Assembly: GCA_964348215.1 (NCBI GenBank)
Contig: CAYGBS010000001.1
Location: 1 to 52,653 of the forward strand
Direction of reading: 5' to 3'
Origin: an uncultured Candidatus Bathyarchaeia archaeon
Lineage (GTDB): Archaea; Thermoproteota; Bathyarchaeia; Bathyarchaeales; SOJC01
DNA: 52,653 nt
Within the stretch, counting starts at the first letter, position 1. Every line of letters begins with the position of its first letter. Made by a program: the position numbers and the translations under genes. Positions 9,277 through 18,859 of the stretch are shown piece after piece. The notes under the pieces were generated by a model. The model ran no database searches. It was not told where the DNA came from and saw only the letters and a program-made list of their open reading frames with translations.

Positions 9277-10164
9277 GTGAACGCTGAGGAAATAGCCTCT
9301 TTCATCAAGGGAGAGATAATAGGCGATGCAAAAAAGGAGGTAACAAAGCCTGGTTACTTGCACACTGCAAGAAATGATGAGCTAGCGTATTGCTATTTGA
9401 AGAGCGATGAAAAGGATCTGGATGCTATTAGCAACACAAGTGCTGGAATAGTCTTATGCCAAAGACATCTCAAACAAAAACTTGAGCAAATCGAAAACAA
9501 ACCTACCTTGATTCTCAGCGAGTACCCTAAGTACGATTTTGCGAGAGTCCTTCAGGAATTCTTTGTACACGAAACCGCTACTATATCTCCCTCTTCCTAT
9601 ATAGCTTCAAACGTGAAAATCGGGAAGGATGTTGACATACATCCAAATGCAACGATTTATGCAAATTCTCTGATCGGAAATAGAGTAACCATAAGGGCCA
9701 ATGCCGTTTTGGGGGCAGAGGGACTGGATTACGGAAAAAACAGAAAGGGCGAGCTCAGAAGAGTGCCCCATTTGAGTCATCTGATTATTGAAGATGATGT
9801 TGATATAGGAAGCAATACAACGGTTCAAAAGGGAATACTCAGACCTACTGTTGTCCGAAGAGGTACCAAAATCGGACCAAATTGCGACATTGGGCACGAA
9901 GTTGAAATAGGGAAGCACTGCATAATAACTGGAATGACATTAGTGGCAGGAGCAACCGAGATCGGGAATCATACTTACATAGCTCCCCATTCAACAATAA
10001 AAAACAGCATCAAAATAGGGAGCAACGTTTTCATAGGCATCGGTAGCCTAGTACTACGTGATGTTCCTGATGGGGCAAAAATCGTCGGGAGACCTGCTAT
10101 AGACATAGAAAAATTCAGGAAAAACCGAAAAAGATTGAATGAGCTTTTGGGAGAGGTATTATGA
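9277..10164 (+). CDS. Left-handed beta-helix acyl/acetyltransferase, LpxD-like
   Basis: LpxD-like N-terminal domain, followed by many hexapeptide repeats (IGKDVDIHPNATIYANSLIGNRVTI...). Confidence 0.6.
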   Translation: MNAEEIASFIKGEIIGDAKKEVTKPGYLHTARNDELAYCYLKSDEKDLDAISNTSAGIVLCQRHLKQKLEQIENKPTLILSEYPKYDFARVLQEFFVHETATISPSSYIASNVKIGKDVDIHPNATIYANSLIGNRVTIRANAVLGAEGLDYGKNRKGELRRVPHLSHLIIEDDVDIGSNTTVQKGILRPTVVRRGTKIGPNCDIGHEVEIGKHCIITGMTLVAGATEIGNHTYIAPHSTIKNSIKIGSNVFIGIGSLVLRDVPDGAKIVGRPAIDIEKFRKNRKRLNELLGEVL

Positions 10165-11561
10165 AAAAGGCGGCGGTTATAGGTTTAGACGGCATGTCAT
10201 GGAAAATCCTTGACAAGCTTTTTAAATGGAACGTGCTACCAAACCTCCAAGAGATTGCAGAGAAGTCAGTAAGAGGGACATTACCATCGGCAATCCCTCC
10301 AGAATCGGCTCCAGCGTGGACAAGCATTGCAACGGGCGTGAATCCAGGAAAACATGGCATTTTCGGATTTACGAGACCCACGGAAAACTACGATAATACC
10401 TCGATCTTGAGTTCACAGGACGTGAAATACCTTAGAATCCATGAAATGGTAGCAGTTCAAAACCTAAAGAGTGTTTGCGTAAACCAACTACTGACTTACC
10501 CGATAAGAAAAATCCAAGGATCATTCGTCATCACCGATTGGCTATCTCCAGAAATAACATACTCTCCAGAGATTAAGCAATTTGCATTGAACTATCACGG
10601 TCCCTCACTAGGCAGACCTTCACCTTTGCTAAAGAAAGATTGGGATGCCGAGTATGCGGAGGTTTCGAGCCGTGTCGATACAGTCAACAAGCTGCTGCAA
10701 AAGGTCAATTGGGACCTGTTCTGGGTAATATATAGTGAACCGGACCATCTATTTCACAGATATTACGATACGGTTATGAAAAAAGACAGAAGGCTAATGA
10801 AGCTGCTCACTAAGATCGATGAGACTTTCGGTTTAGTTGAAGAAGTCACTGACTTGCTTGTGGTCGTTTCTGACCATGGCTTTGGAAAATTCGGCTATGG
10901 AGTGTATCCTAACACATCTCTCGAAAAACTCGGAGTTGCGAAAAAGGCGAAACGGCAAGTCATCAAGGATATCTCGTGTCATCGACAGGTCGAGGAACAG
11001 AAAGGACAATTTCCTTTGCCTGAGGGATTGTATAAGTATCTTTCTGCTATGCCATCCCCAGTTGAATTTGCATTACTGAAAACTTATAGACAACTTCTGA
11101 GGAAGGCAAACATTAAAGCACGGTTGACAACACACATCGATCCCAAAGCGTCAAGAGCGTTTGCTCATGGGTTTGGAATTTATGTGAAGGAAAAGCAGCT
11201 AATCAATTACATAGTTTCTGCGCTGAAGAAAGAGCATTTTATAGGAGGTATATGGAAGAAGGAAGAGCTTTATGATGGAAAGCAGTTGGAAGTCATGCCC
11301 GATTTGATCATAGTTCCGAACTTCAATTCAGGTTTTGCATTTCGCGGCGACGTGATATCCCCTAAATCGGTTGTAAGGCGAAGTTTTCCCGCACATCATC
11401 CTGACGGTATCATAATGATAAACAAGAGCGATATCCAACCATCTTGGATAAAGGGCACTACAGTATTTGATATAGTTCCAACGATTCTCGATTTTCTTGG
11501 TTTAGATATACCAGAGGATACTGACGGCAACGTGATAAACTTACCCAAAGAGCAGGCTTGA
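10161..11561 (+). CDS. Alkaline-phosphatase superfamily protein (type I phosphodiesterase / nucleotide pyrophosphatase family)
   Basis: IGLDGMSW ... PAWTSIATGVNPGKHGIFGF ... VVSDHGF are typical metal and nucleophile motifs. ATGA overlap with the upstream gene. Confidence 0.6.
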   Translation: MKKAAVIGLDGMSWKILDKLFKWNVLPNLQEIAEKSVRGTLPSAIPPESAPAWTSIATGVNPGKHGIFGFTRPTENYDNTSILSSQDVKYLRIHEMVAVQNLKSVCVNQLLTYPIRKIQGSFVITDWLSPEITYSPEIKQFALNYHGPSLGRPSPLLKKDWDAEYAEVSSRVDTVNKLLQKVNWDLFWVIYSEPDHLFHRYYDTVMKKDRRLMKLLTKIDETFGLVEEVTDLLVVVSDHGFGKFGYGVYPNTSLEKLGVAKKAKRQVIKDISCHRQVEEQKGQFPLPEGLYKYLSAMPSPVEFALLKTYRQLLRKANIKARLTTHIDPKASRAFAHGFGIYVKEKQLINYIVSALKKEHFIGGIWKKEELYDGKQLEVMPDLIIVPNFNSGFAFRGDVISPKSVVRRSFPAHHPDGIIMINKSDIQPSWIKGTTVFDIVPTILDFLGLDIPEDTDGNVINLPKEQA

Positions 11562-11661
11562 GTAAAATCTCTACGTGTGAGACATAAAGCCAGAAATCGA
11601 AAGCGTCGAATGATGGCATGGATCTGAGCATTTTGCGCACAATCAAAACAAGGACTGAAAA

Positions 11662-12786
11662 ATGCTGAACAACATAATTCTTATCACTGTCGATTGCCTG
11701 CGACCTGATCACCTCAACTGCTACGGATATGAACACAAAACATCCCCTTACATTAGCGGGTTGGCTGAAAACGGTCTAGTCTTCTCTAACATGTATGCAA
11801 ACTCCTCTTATACTTGCGCTTCGATAGCATCTCTAATAACAAGCACGTACCCTCTTGACTACGGCGAATATTTTGAATTCAGCACCCCAGCCATAATTTC
11901 AAGAAAAAGGAAACTACTATCTCAAGTGTTAGCGCACTATGGATACACTAACGCTTTTTTCCATGACAACCCTTATCTCTCCCCGATTTTTGGGTACACT
12001 CGCGGATTTGAAAAACATATCGATTTCGGCATGCGAAAAGATGAGGAGAAACCAGTTAAGTTCAACATCCGAAAAACGTTTTTTGCTCGAAACCGAAAGG
12101 TCCGTCGCTTCTTCTCCAGAATAAACAAGCTGCGCCTGCTTCTTGCCAAATGGTACCTAAAGAATATGTCCTTAAATGCTGATGCAGAAACGATCTTGAG
12201 TCAAGCTACCGAGTGGGCTCAACATGTTCAGCCACCGTTCTTCCTTTGGTGTCACCTGATGGATATTCATGTTCCTTACTGCCCCAGCCATGATGCGTTA
12301 CGTCAAATAGGATTCAGCAAATCAAAGGCGTTTTTTTTGATCTACAAACAATGGGGCATAACTTCGAGCTTAACCTCAGGTGAACTCCGATTGTTCAAAA
12401 AACTCTATGACCTTCAGATACTTCACATAGATCAAACTTTAGAAAAATACCTGTCTAAGCTAACGAATGGCGATTTTGGAAACACTATTATCGTTGTTAC
12501 TGCTGATCACGGAGAGGAATTTATGGAAAACGGGGTAGTTGGGCATAGCAAACACCTAACCGAGACTCTTCTCCACGTACCTCTCATTATATCTGGTGGC
12601 GGAATGAAACACAGGAGGATCTCCAAAAAATCTTCTCTCTTAGATGTTGCACCAACAATCATGGATCTTGTTGGGCTCAAAAGCTTTAAGGGGTTTAGAG
12701 GCAAAAGCTTGCTTAGACTAGAAAATGATAGACCTGTTATTGCACAAGGCATTTTTAAAGGAAAGAGGCATCAGCGTGTCTTCTAG
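11662..12786 (+). CDS. Sulfatase-like hydrolase/transferase (AP superfamily) with a non-canonical nucleophile motif
   Basis: ILITVDCLRPDHL ... SSYTCASIASLITS ... VVTADHGEEF. The CxPxR formylglycine motif is degenerate (C-A-S-I-A). Confidence 0.6.
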   Translation: MLNNIILITVDCLRPDHLNCYGYEHKTSPYISGLAENGLVFSNMYANSSYTCASIASLITSTYPLDYGEYFEFSTPAIISRKRKLLSQVLAHYGYTNAFFHDNPYLSPIFGYTRGFEKHIDFGMRKDEEKPVKFNIRKTFFARNRKVRRFFSRINKLRLLLAKWYLKNMSLNADAETILSQATEWAQHVQPPFFLWCHLMDIHVPYCPSHDALRQIGFSKSKAFFLIYKQWGITSSLTSGELRLFKKLYDLQILHIDQTLEKYLSKLTNGDFGNTIIVVTADHGEEFMENGVVGHSKHLTETLLHVPLIISGGGMKHRRISKKSSLLDVAPTIMDLVGLKSFKGFRGKSLLRLENDRPVIAQGIFKGKRHQRVF

Positions 12787-12809
12787 AATGCTGCTGTTTC
12801 ACAACGGCG

Positions 12810-14387
12810 TTATTTTACTCCCGCAATACGACTAAACAAGCTAGCGATCCATCGAAGATTCGAAGGAAGATAATCGCTTAATAATTCTATGTCTTGTTTC
12901 TTTACAGCTTTTAAAGCAATCAGAGAAAGAACGTACACAGCTGCTCCTACGGCCGCATAAATGGGTAGCTGACGCAAACGCAGGACGAGAAACTGGTACG
13001 ATGAAGGGCTGAGGGCCCCTCTTAGAACTTCCAATGCAATGATTGATAGAACCATGAATATGGAAGCTGCAGCTGACTTCCATAGAGCTTCTTTGTCGAA
13101 TTCTATCCTAAGAGACAACCAGAGTACATATGCTCCCAGGCCGAATCCTGCGAGCGCAGCAAAAAACCTTGCGAAGGCGACGCCTGCTAGACCCGCATTT
13201 AAGTGTGCCAAGACAATGTAGGAAAGAACCCCTTCTGAGACAATTGAAATCATCGTGATTGAAGAGGCCACTTTTGTCCTTCTAAGGGTATATAACGTAG
13301 GAAGAATGGCCGAGCCCAAAACAGTTGGAAGAGAAGCCATACACATGACTGCCAATGGAACCACGGCATCTACAAACCTAACAGTTGCAAACAGAACAAT
13401 TATCGGATAAGCCAACGTTGCCACCAATAGAGATATGGGAAAACCCAAAAAAGCAGCGTAGCGAGTAGAAGTCCTAAAAGCGTCTCCTAGACTTCGAACT
13501 CCTTTAACCGAATACAACTCAGACAACTTAGGGAAAAGCGAAGCAATTATCGCCGTCGAGACCAGGTTGGGAACAACGGAAGCTCTAACAGCAAGATTAT
13601 ACACTCCGAGTGCTTCAATCCCCAAAAAAGGAAATACTAGAATCTGATCTACCCAACCAACAATGAAAGTCAAAAGCGCAGAAACATAAATCGGGAAGGA
13701 AAACGCGAGAAGTGGTTTTAGCTCATGAACCTGTGTCGAGAATTCAAAGTAACGAAACGTTATCAGAAAAGCAACAAGGCATACTAAAGTGAGAGCAAAG
13801 ATCCAACTTATGACTATCCCAAGGACGCCAAACCCTGCATAGACGAGAGTTATGGCAAGTGTGTACTGAGCCACGGTATACAAGATGCCTATAGCTGCAA
13901 TTTCACGCATTCTTTGTAGCCCTTGGAGAAAACCCAACGATTGAAAATAAAAGATTTGAAGAGCAGAAGATATAGGAATAAGTTGGAAAAGGATAACTGA
14001 CGTTGCGAGAGTACTGGCAAACAGTCCTGCTAATACAAGAAGCGAGACGACTATGATCAGTGAGGTGACAACAGAAACCTGCAAAACACGAGTCACTACG
14101 GATTTCGCTTCATCTATTTTTCCCTGAGCGATGTAATGTGCTATGTATCGAACAGAAGCGGCTCTAAGCGCGAAAATCCCCAAAGTTGATGTTATTGCTA
14201 AGACAAAGTTCAGGATGCTGAATAGACCGAAATCAGATTCCGTGAACAAAATTTGTCCTGTTATTTCCTTTGTATGTAACAGGAACCAGACATAGAGTAC
14301 TCCTAGCGCCGCGTTTAGAAAGCCTTGGATGAAAATGAAGGTTGCTCCCCGCGCAACGTGTGTTTGCGGGCTTATAGTCTCAGTCAA
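12810..14387 (-). CDS. Polysaccharide/oligosaccharide flippase (MOP/Wzx family)
   Basis: 525 aa, hydrophobic throughout with roughly 12-14 TM segments. Lies in a glycan cluster. Confidence 0.7.
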   Translation of the reverse strand: MTETISPQTHVARGATFIFIQGFLNAALGVLYVWFLLHTKEITGQILFTESDFGLFSILNFVLAITSTLGIFALRAASVRYIAHYIAQGKIDEAKSVVTRVLQVSVVTSLIIVVSLLVLAGLFASTLATSVILFQLIPISSALQIFYFQSLGFLQGLQRMREIAAIGILYTVAQYTLAITLVYAGFGVLGIVISWIFALTLVCLVAFLITFRYFEFSTQVHELKPLLAFSFPIYVSALLTFIVGWVDQILVFPFLGIEALGVYNLAVRASVVPNLVSTAIIASLFPKLSELYSVKGVRSLGDAFRTSTRYAAFLGFPISLLVATLAYPIIVLFATVRFVDAVVPLAVMCMASLPTVLGSAILPTLYTLRRTKVASSITMISIVSEGVLSYIVLAHLNAGLAGVAFARFFAALAGFGLGAYVLWLSLRIEFDKEALWKSAAASIFMVLSIIALEVLRGALSPSSYQFLVLRLRQLPIYAAVGAAVYVLSLIALKAVKKQDIELLSDYLPSNLRWIASLFSRIAGVK

Positions 14388-14432
14388 TAGGCATCTTCAC
14401 CATCTTGACACAGTAGATTACCTTTTACAGAT

Positions 14433-15440
14433 TTAAACTGCACGTTTAAATCTCCAGGGATTATCTACCCTGAAGAAGTCGTCTTTTGCTAAATGGCGCC
14501 ACCACGATTTATTTTTCAGATACCAATCAACTGTTTTTTCCAAACCTTCAGAGAAGACGAAGTTTGGCTTCCAACCAAGCGCTCTCACTCTAGTCGTATC
14601 CAATGAATATCTACGATCGTGGCTCGGTCTATCTGAAACGAATGTGATTAGACTCTCAGGTTTCTTTAGAGTTCTCAGTATTTCTTTCGCCACCTCTATA
14701 TTCATACGTTCCTCGCCTGAACCAATGTTGTATATCCCTCCAGCTTTGCCTTTCTTAGCCACCAAATTTATCGCAGCGCAGTTGTCTATTACGTAGAGCC
14801 AGTCTCGCATCTGCTTTCCGTCGCCATAGATAGGTAGTGGCTGGTCGCCTATGGCCCTCAGTATTAACTTCGGTATGAGTTTCTCAGGGTATTGGAAAGG
14901 TCCGTAGTTGTTGGAACTGCGAGTTACAACTACGGATAGTCCGTATGTCTTGTAGAAGGCCAGAGCGATGTGGTCGCCTGCTGCTTTGCTTGCGGAGTAC
15001 GGACTTGACGGGTTTACTGTGTCTGTTTCTTTAAAAGACCCTTCCTTTATGCTACCGTATACTTCGTCCGTGGAAATTTGGACAAATCTTTCAACATCGA
15101 ATTTTCTTGCAGCATCTAAAAGAACATAAGTTCCAAACGCGTCGGTCAAGACAAAGGAGCCAGCCTCTACAATGCTTCTGTCAACGTGGGTTTCAGCGGC
15201 AAAATTCACGACCAAGTCAAATTTTTCTCTTGTAATCTGTTCTACTGCTTCTCTGTCTCGAATATCCCCTTGAGTGAACCTGTAACGCGAATCGTCTTTT
15301 ACATCTTGCAGATTTTCTAGTCTACCGGCGTAGGTGAGCAGGTCGAAATTGGTGATCTCTACGTCGTCGTAATCTGATAACATGTATCTTATGAAGTTGC
15401 TGCCAATGAAACCCGCTCCGCCTGTGACTAGGACCTGCAT
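14433..15440 (-). CDS. rfbB: dTDP-glucose 4,6-dehydratase
   Basis: MQVLVTGGAGFIGSNF ... YSASKAAGDH (YxxxK) ... DRRYSLD. The start is placed at the ATG after the rfbC stop; the track ORF extends to 15482. Confidence 0.9.
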   Translation of the reverse strand: MQVLVTGGAGFIGSNFIRYMLSDYDDVEITNFDLLTYAGRLENLQDVKDDSRYRFTQGDIRDREAVEQITREKFDLVVNFAAETHVDRSIVEAGSFVLTDAFGTYVLLDAARKFDVERFVQISTDEVYGSIKEGSFKETDTVNPSSPYSASKAAGDHIALAFYKTYGLSVVVTRSSNNYGPFQYPEKLIPKLILRAIGDQPLPIYGDGKQMRDWLYVIDNCAAINLVAKKGKAGGIYNIGSGEERMNIEVAKEILRTLKKPESLITFVSDRPSHDRRYSLDTTRVRALGWKPNFVFSEGLEKTVDWYLKNKSWWRHLAKDDFFRVDNPWRFKRAV

Positions 15441-15448
15441 TCCCTGTT

Positions 15449-15925
15449 TCACCCGTGTTTTAGCCAGGGTGCAAGTTTCCAATCATAGGGGATTTTGTCA
15501 GTGTCTGGTGGTAATCGGTGTTCATCTGGTTCTTTGTAGTTGTACAGATTGGTGGGTACATTCATGACGAGAGCAGCTCCTTCGCTTATGGTTTTGAACC
15601 CATGCCAAATTCGCGGCGGTATTTTCACGAGCATGGGGTTTTTCTCGCCGATGACAAACTCGTTGATTTCTCCCTTAGTTCTCGAATTCTCTCTGCCATC
15701 GCACAGAACAAGTTTAACCATTCCTTCTACGCAAGCTATGTTGTCTGTTTGCGTTCTATGCATGTGCCAAGCCTTCACCACTTGCGGATAAGCTGCTGTT
15801 ACGTATGCTTGTCCAAATCCTTCGAAAAGTTCCCAATCGCTTCTCAGGACTTCCATCAGCCAACCTCTTTCATCGGCTATCAGCTTCAGCTGCCGTGCAA
15901 CTACTCCGTCTATCACTCGTAACAC
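15449..15925 (-). CDS. rfbC: dTDP-4-dehydrorhamnose 3,5-epimerase family cupin (short form)
   Basis: DERGWLMEV ... AWHMHRTQ ... KIPPRIWHGF. Sits between rfbA and rfbB. Confidence 0.7.
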   Translation of the reverse strand: MLRVIDGVVARQLKLIADERGWLMEVLRSDWELFEGFGQAYVTAAYPQVVKAWHMHRTQTDNIACVEGMVKLVLCDGRENSRTKGEINEFVIGEKNPMLVKIPPRIWHGFKTISEGAALVMNVPTNLYNYKEPDEHRLPPDTDKIPYDWKLAPWLKHG

Positions 15926-15926
15926 T

Positions 15927-16997
15927 TCACAAAACTACTCTTGAATACTCTCCTACAACAAGTCTATGCCCTTTCGGGCTTTTCTGATTAGTCGTCAACG
16001 TTGTGCCGGCTCCTATGAGGCTATCAGTTATTTTACCCTCAATTTCTATAGAACAGTCGTCCATGACTATCGAGTTTTCTATTTCGCCCTCATCGATTTT
16101 CACGTTGTTTCCTATGCTTGTGTAAGGACCTATGTAAACACGTTCCCCTATGACTGATTTTTCACCGATTATGACCGGTCCCCTTACCAAAGCACCCTGC
16201 TTGATAACGGTCTCTTTTCCTACCGATACCCTTCCTTGGACCGATGATTTTCCTTCAACTGCACCATCTATTTTCTTTCTTAGGTCGTCTAGGATCAAGC
16301 GGTTTGCTTCCAGTATGTCTTCCACCGTTCCTGTATCCTTCCACCATCCTGTGACGGACTTGTACCCAACTTTATGTCCTGCATCTAGTAAACCCTGTAG
16401 TGCCTCGGTGATTTCCAGTTCTCCCCTCCAAGAGGGCTTTAAACAATCTATCATGTCGAAGATTAAGGGTGTGAAGAAGTATATGCCTGTTAGGGCGTAG
16501 TTGCTGGGCGGCTCTCTTGGCTTTTCCACCAATTTCACCAGTTTTCCATTTTTGTCAAATTCAGCCACCCCGAACTGTCTGGGGTTTTCAACTTCAGAGA
16601 GAAGTATCATTGCTGCACAGTCTGAAATCTTGAATTCTTTTACAAACTCCGCAATTCTACCTTTCAATAAGTTGTCACCAAGATACACAACGAAAGGGCT
16701 GTCATCAACAAAGTCCTTTGCAAGGCTGACTGCTTGGGCGATTCCCCCAGGCTCTTCTTGGTGAATATAAGTCGTTTCTACCCCGAATTCTTGACCATCC
16801 TTGTAATAGTTTTCGACTTTTTCTGGCAAAATGTCTCCAACTATAATCGCAATTTCATCTATACCTGAATCTCTCAAATCTTCTAAAACGTACTGGGACA
16901 TGGGCTTGTTTGCCACGGGGATTAGTTGTTTTGGACCGGTATGGGTCAGCGGTCTAAGTCTTGTGCCATGACCCCCATGCAGAATAACTCCCTTCAT
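15927..16997 (-). CDS. rfbA: Glucose-1-phosphate thymidylyltransferase (long form with C-terminal LbH domain)
   Basis: MKGVILHGGHGTRLRPLTHTGPKQLIPVANKPM. ATGA overlap with the rfbD stop. Confidence 0.85.
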   Translation of the reverse strand: MKGVILHGGHGTRLRPLTHTGPKQLIPVANKPMSQYVLEDLRDSGIDEIAIIVGDILPEKVENYYKDGQEFGVETTYIHQEEPGGIAQAVSLAKDFVDDSPFVVYLGDNLLKGRIAEFVKEFKISDCAAMILLSEVENPRQFGVAEFDKNGKLVKLVEKPREPPSNYALTGIYFFTPLIFDMIDCLKPSWRGELEITEALQGLLDAGHKVGYKSVTGWWKDTGTVEDILEANRLILDDLRKKIDGAVEGKSSVQGRVSVGKETVIKQGALVRGPVIIGEKSVIGERVYIGPYTSIGNNVKIDEGEIENSIVMDDCSIEIEGKITDSLIGAGTTLTTNQKSPKGHRLVVGEYSRVVL

Positions 16998-17878
16998 TTT
17001 GATTCCGCCCATTTTTTATTCATCTCCTTTAAACCTTGCGTAACCCCTAAAAGTTCCTTGTTTATCTTTTTTTTGACTTTATCCACACAGAGAGAAGAGT
17101 CCTTTGGCCTTTTCGCTGTCCAAGCTTTCAATTCCCGCATTTTTATTGGCTTTATAAGACTCTCATCCAAGTCAAAGTTTTCAGCGATCTTCAAGGCAAA
17201 GCCGTATCGGCTTATTCGCTTGCTTCCAGCTGTGTGGTAAACGCCTTCTAATCTCTTGTCGACTATTTCTAGAATGACGTCAGCTAGGTTATCGGCGAGG
17301 GTAGGAGAATTGTAATGGTCTTCCACGACGTCTATTGGCTTTCCTCTGGTCAAGGATTTTATCACCCACTTTGCGAAATTCGACTTCTCGGAGTGCAGGC
17401 CATACAAGACGCTCGTTCGAAGAATCGCGAAGGGTTCACAAATATCTGTAACATATCTTTCCCCCGTCAACTTTGTCAGACCATAGTGGTTTATAGGGTT
17501 CGGCTCGTCATCTTCTGTATAGAGTCCCTTTTTTCCATCAAATACGTAGTCAGTTGAAATGTAGATGATTCTCGCCCCTATCTTATTGCAGGCCTCTGCA
17601 AGAATTCCCGTTCCTTCTGCATTCACTTTTGAAGCGTGGTTCTTGTTAACCTCGCACTTGTCAACATTTGTCACTGCGGCTGTGTGAACTACGATGTCTG
17701 GTTTGACTTTGCTGAAGACCTGCTGTACCTCATCTTCATTTGTGACGTTCATCTTTATCGAGTCTGAAAAAACTGGATGCGTTAAATGCGTCCGACAAAC
17801 TGAGAATCTTTCTTCTGCTCTCTCAGCGATTTTGCTTCCAAGAAGTCCACTCGTACCTGTGACTATCATTCTCTCCAT
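16994..17878 (-). CDS. rfbD: dTDP-4-dehydrorhamnose reductase
   Basis: MIVTGTSGLLGSKI ... YISTDYVFDG ... YGLTKLTGE. RmlD-type SDR. Confidence 0.85.
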   Translation of the reverse strand: MERMIVTGTSGLLGSKIAERAEERFSVCRTHLTHPVFSDSIKMNVTNEDEVQQVFSKVKPDIVVHTAAVTNVDKCEVNKNHASKVNAEGTGILAEACNKIGARIIYISTDYVFDGKKGLYTEDDEPNPINHYGLTKLTGERYVTDICEPFAILRTSVLYGLHSEKSNFAKWVIKSLTRGKPIDVVEDHYNSPTLADNLADVILEIVDKRLEGVYHTAGSKRISRYGFALKIAENFDLDESLIKPIKMRELKAWTAKRPKDSSLCVDKVKKKINKELLGVTQGLKEMNKKWAESK

Positions 17879-17924
17879 TTTCTAGTCCTTCACGAGAAAC
17901 GATTTCGCATTCAACGCAGTCTTA

Positions 17925-18692
17925 CTAGCTTATGTAGGTGGTCTTGTCTTCCTCACCCTTCCGCATTTTCTTTGCATATGTTTCTCTTCGTGCCTCTATC
18001 TGCCGCATTTTCTCCAAAATTTTGTCAGATTTGACAATTTCTTCGTCCAAATGATCCAAGTCAACGGAGATCTCTAGCATTTTCTGCAAAACTTGGAGGA
18101 TGCTTTTCGCAGCTTTTGGATCTGGGAGGTAACCCCGGGTTTCTCCTAAAAGGCACAATGCTGGGATATTCTTGAACTTCGCCATACCGATGAGTAGACC
18201 AGCTGTTCCTACAATGGGGTTTCCAGAGGGACTAGGTGAAGCATCTGCGTTGAGAGCCTTGTTTAGTATTGCAGTATCTGTGGCTGTGGCTATGACTTGA
18301 GGTGTTTCACCGGCTTCCTTACGGTAGCCACCCAATGTAACTATGGTGTCTACTTTGTGTTTTTTGGCGAAGTCTAGGATGGTTTCTGCAATCTCATATT
18401 GACCTTCGATAGTTTGGGCTTGGCTGTCTCCCGTGAAAAGTATTAGGTCGCGGCCTCTCGGATTTTTCCAATAGTGGAACTCGCCACGAAGGAGACGGGC
18501 ATTTCCCTTTTTGTTTACAATGACATAATATGGAAAGTGAGGTGAGTAGAGGAGAGCGAACTTCTCAGCTTTGAGGTGTTTAGCTAGGTAGCGTGTGGCG
18601 ATTCTGCCTACCATTCCTAGGCCTGGGAGGCCTTCTATGAGAACAGGGCTCTCAGGTTTTATTTGGAATTTTTCTTTGATCGTCGTCTTCAT
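17925..18692 (-). CDS. PAC2-family proteasome assembly chaperone-like protein
   Basis: VLIEGLPGLGMVGRIATRYL ... GGY ... GLLIGMA, with a charged C-terminal helix. Conserved neighbour of nop10 and aIF2-alpha. Confidence 0.75.
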   Translation of the reverse strand: MKTTIKEKFQIKPESPVLIEGLPGLGMVGRIATRYLAKHLKAEKFALLYSPHFPYYVIVNKKGNARLLRGEFHYWKNPRGRDLILFTGDSQAQTIEGQYEIAETILDFAKKHKVDTIVTLGGYRKEAGETPQVIATATDTAILNKALNADASPSPSGNPIVGTAGLLIGMAKFKNIPALCLLGETRGYLPDPKAAKSILQVLQKMLEISVDLDHLDEEIVKSDKILEKMRQIEARRETYAKKMRKGEEDKTTYIS

Positions 18693-18859
18693 TTGTGTGA
18701 TTCTTCCTTTCTTAGAGCTATGCGGTTCTTAGCGTACTTGTCGTCTGGCGAAAATTTCGCAGGGTGTGGAATGTGGACCTTGCCACCACAGTGAGGACAT
18801 TTTTTAGTGTGTAAGGTATAGCGGTTACATTTTTCGCATTTTCTGAGAAGCCACACCAT
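18689..18859 (-). CDS. nop10: H/ACA RNP protein Nop10 (56 aa; absent from the ORF track)
   Basis: My translation: MVWLLRKCEKCNRYTLHTKKCPHCGGKVHIPHPAKFSPDDKYAKNRIALRKEESHK. It has a CxxC...CxxC zinc ribbon plus the PAKFSPDDKY motif. Its ATG overlaps the aIF2-alpha stop (ATGA), and its TGA overlaps the PAC2 ATG. Confidence 0.9.
   Translation of the reverse strand: MVWLLRKCEKCNRYTLHTKKCPHCGGKVHIPHPAKFSPDDKYAKNRIALRKEESHK

Noticed and set aside
15518-15922. Long antisense ORFs inside rfbC, and similar ones inside other strongly supported genes (for example 19180..19827, 33547..33906, 38976..39428, 50910..51347).
   Set aside because: Each lies entirely within a gene that has clear family motifs on the other strand, and has low-complexity or Ser/Cys-rich composition typical of shadow ORFs.
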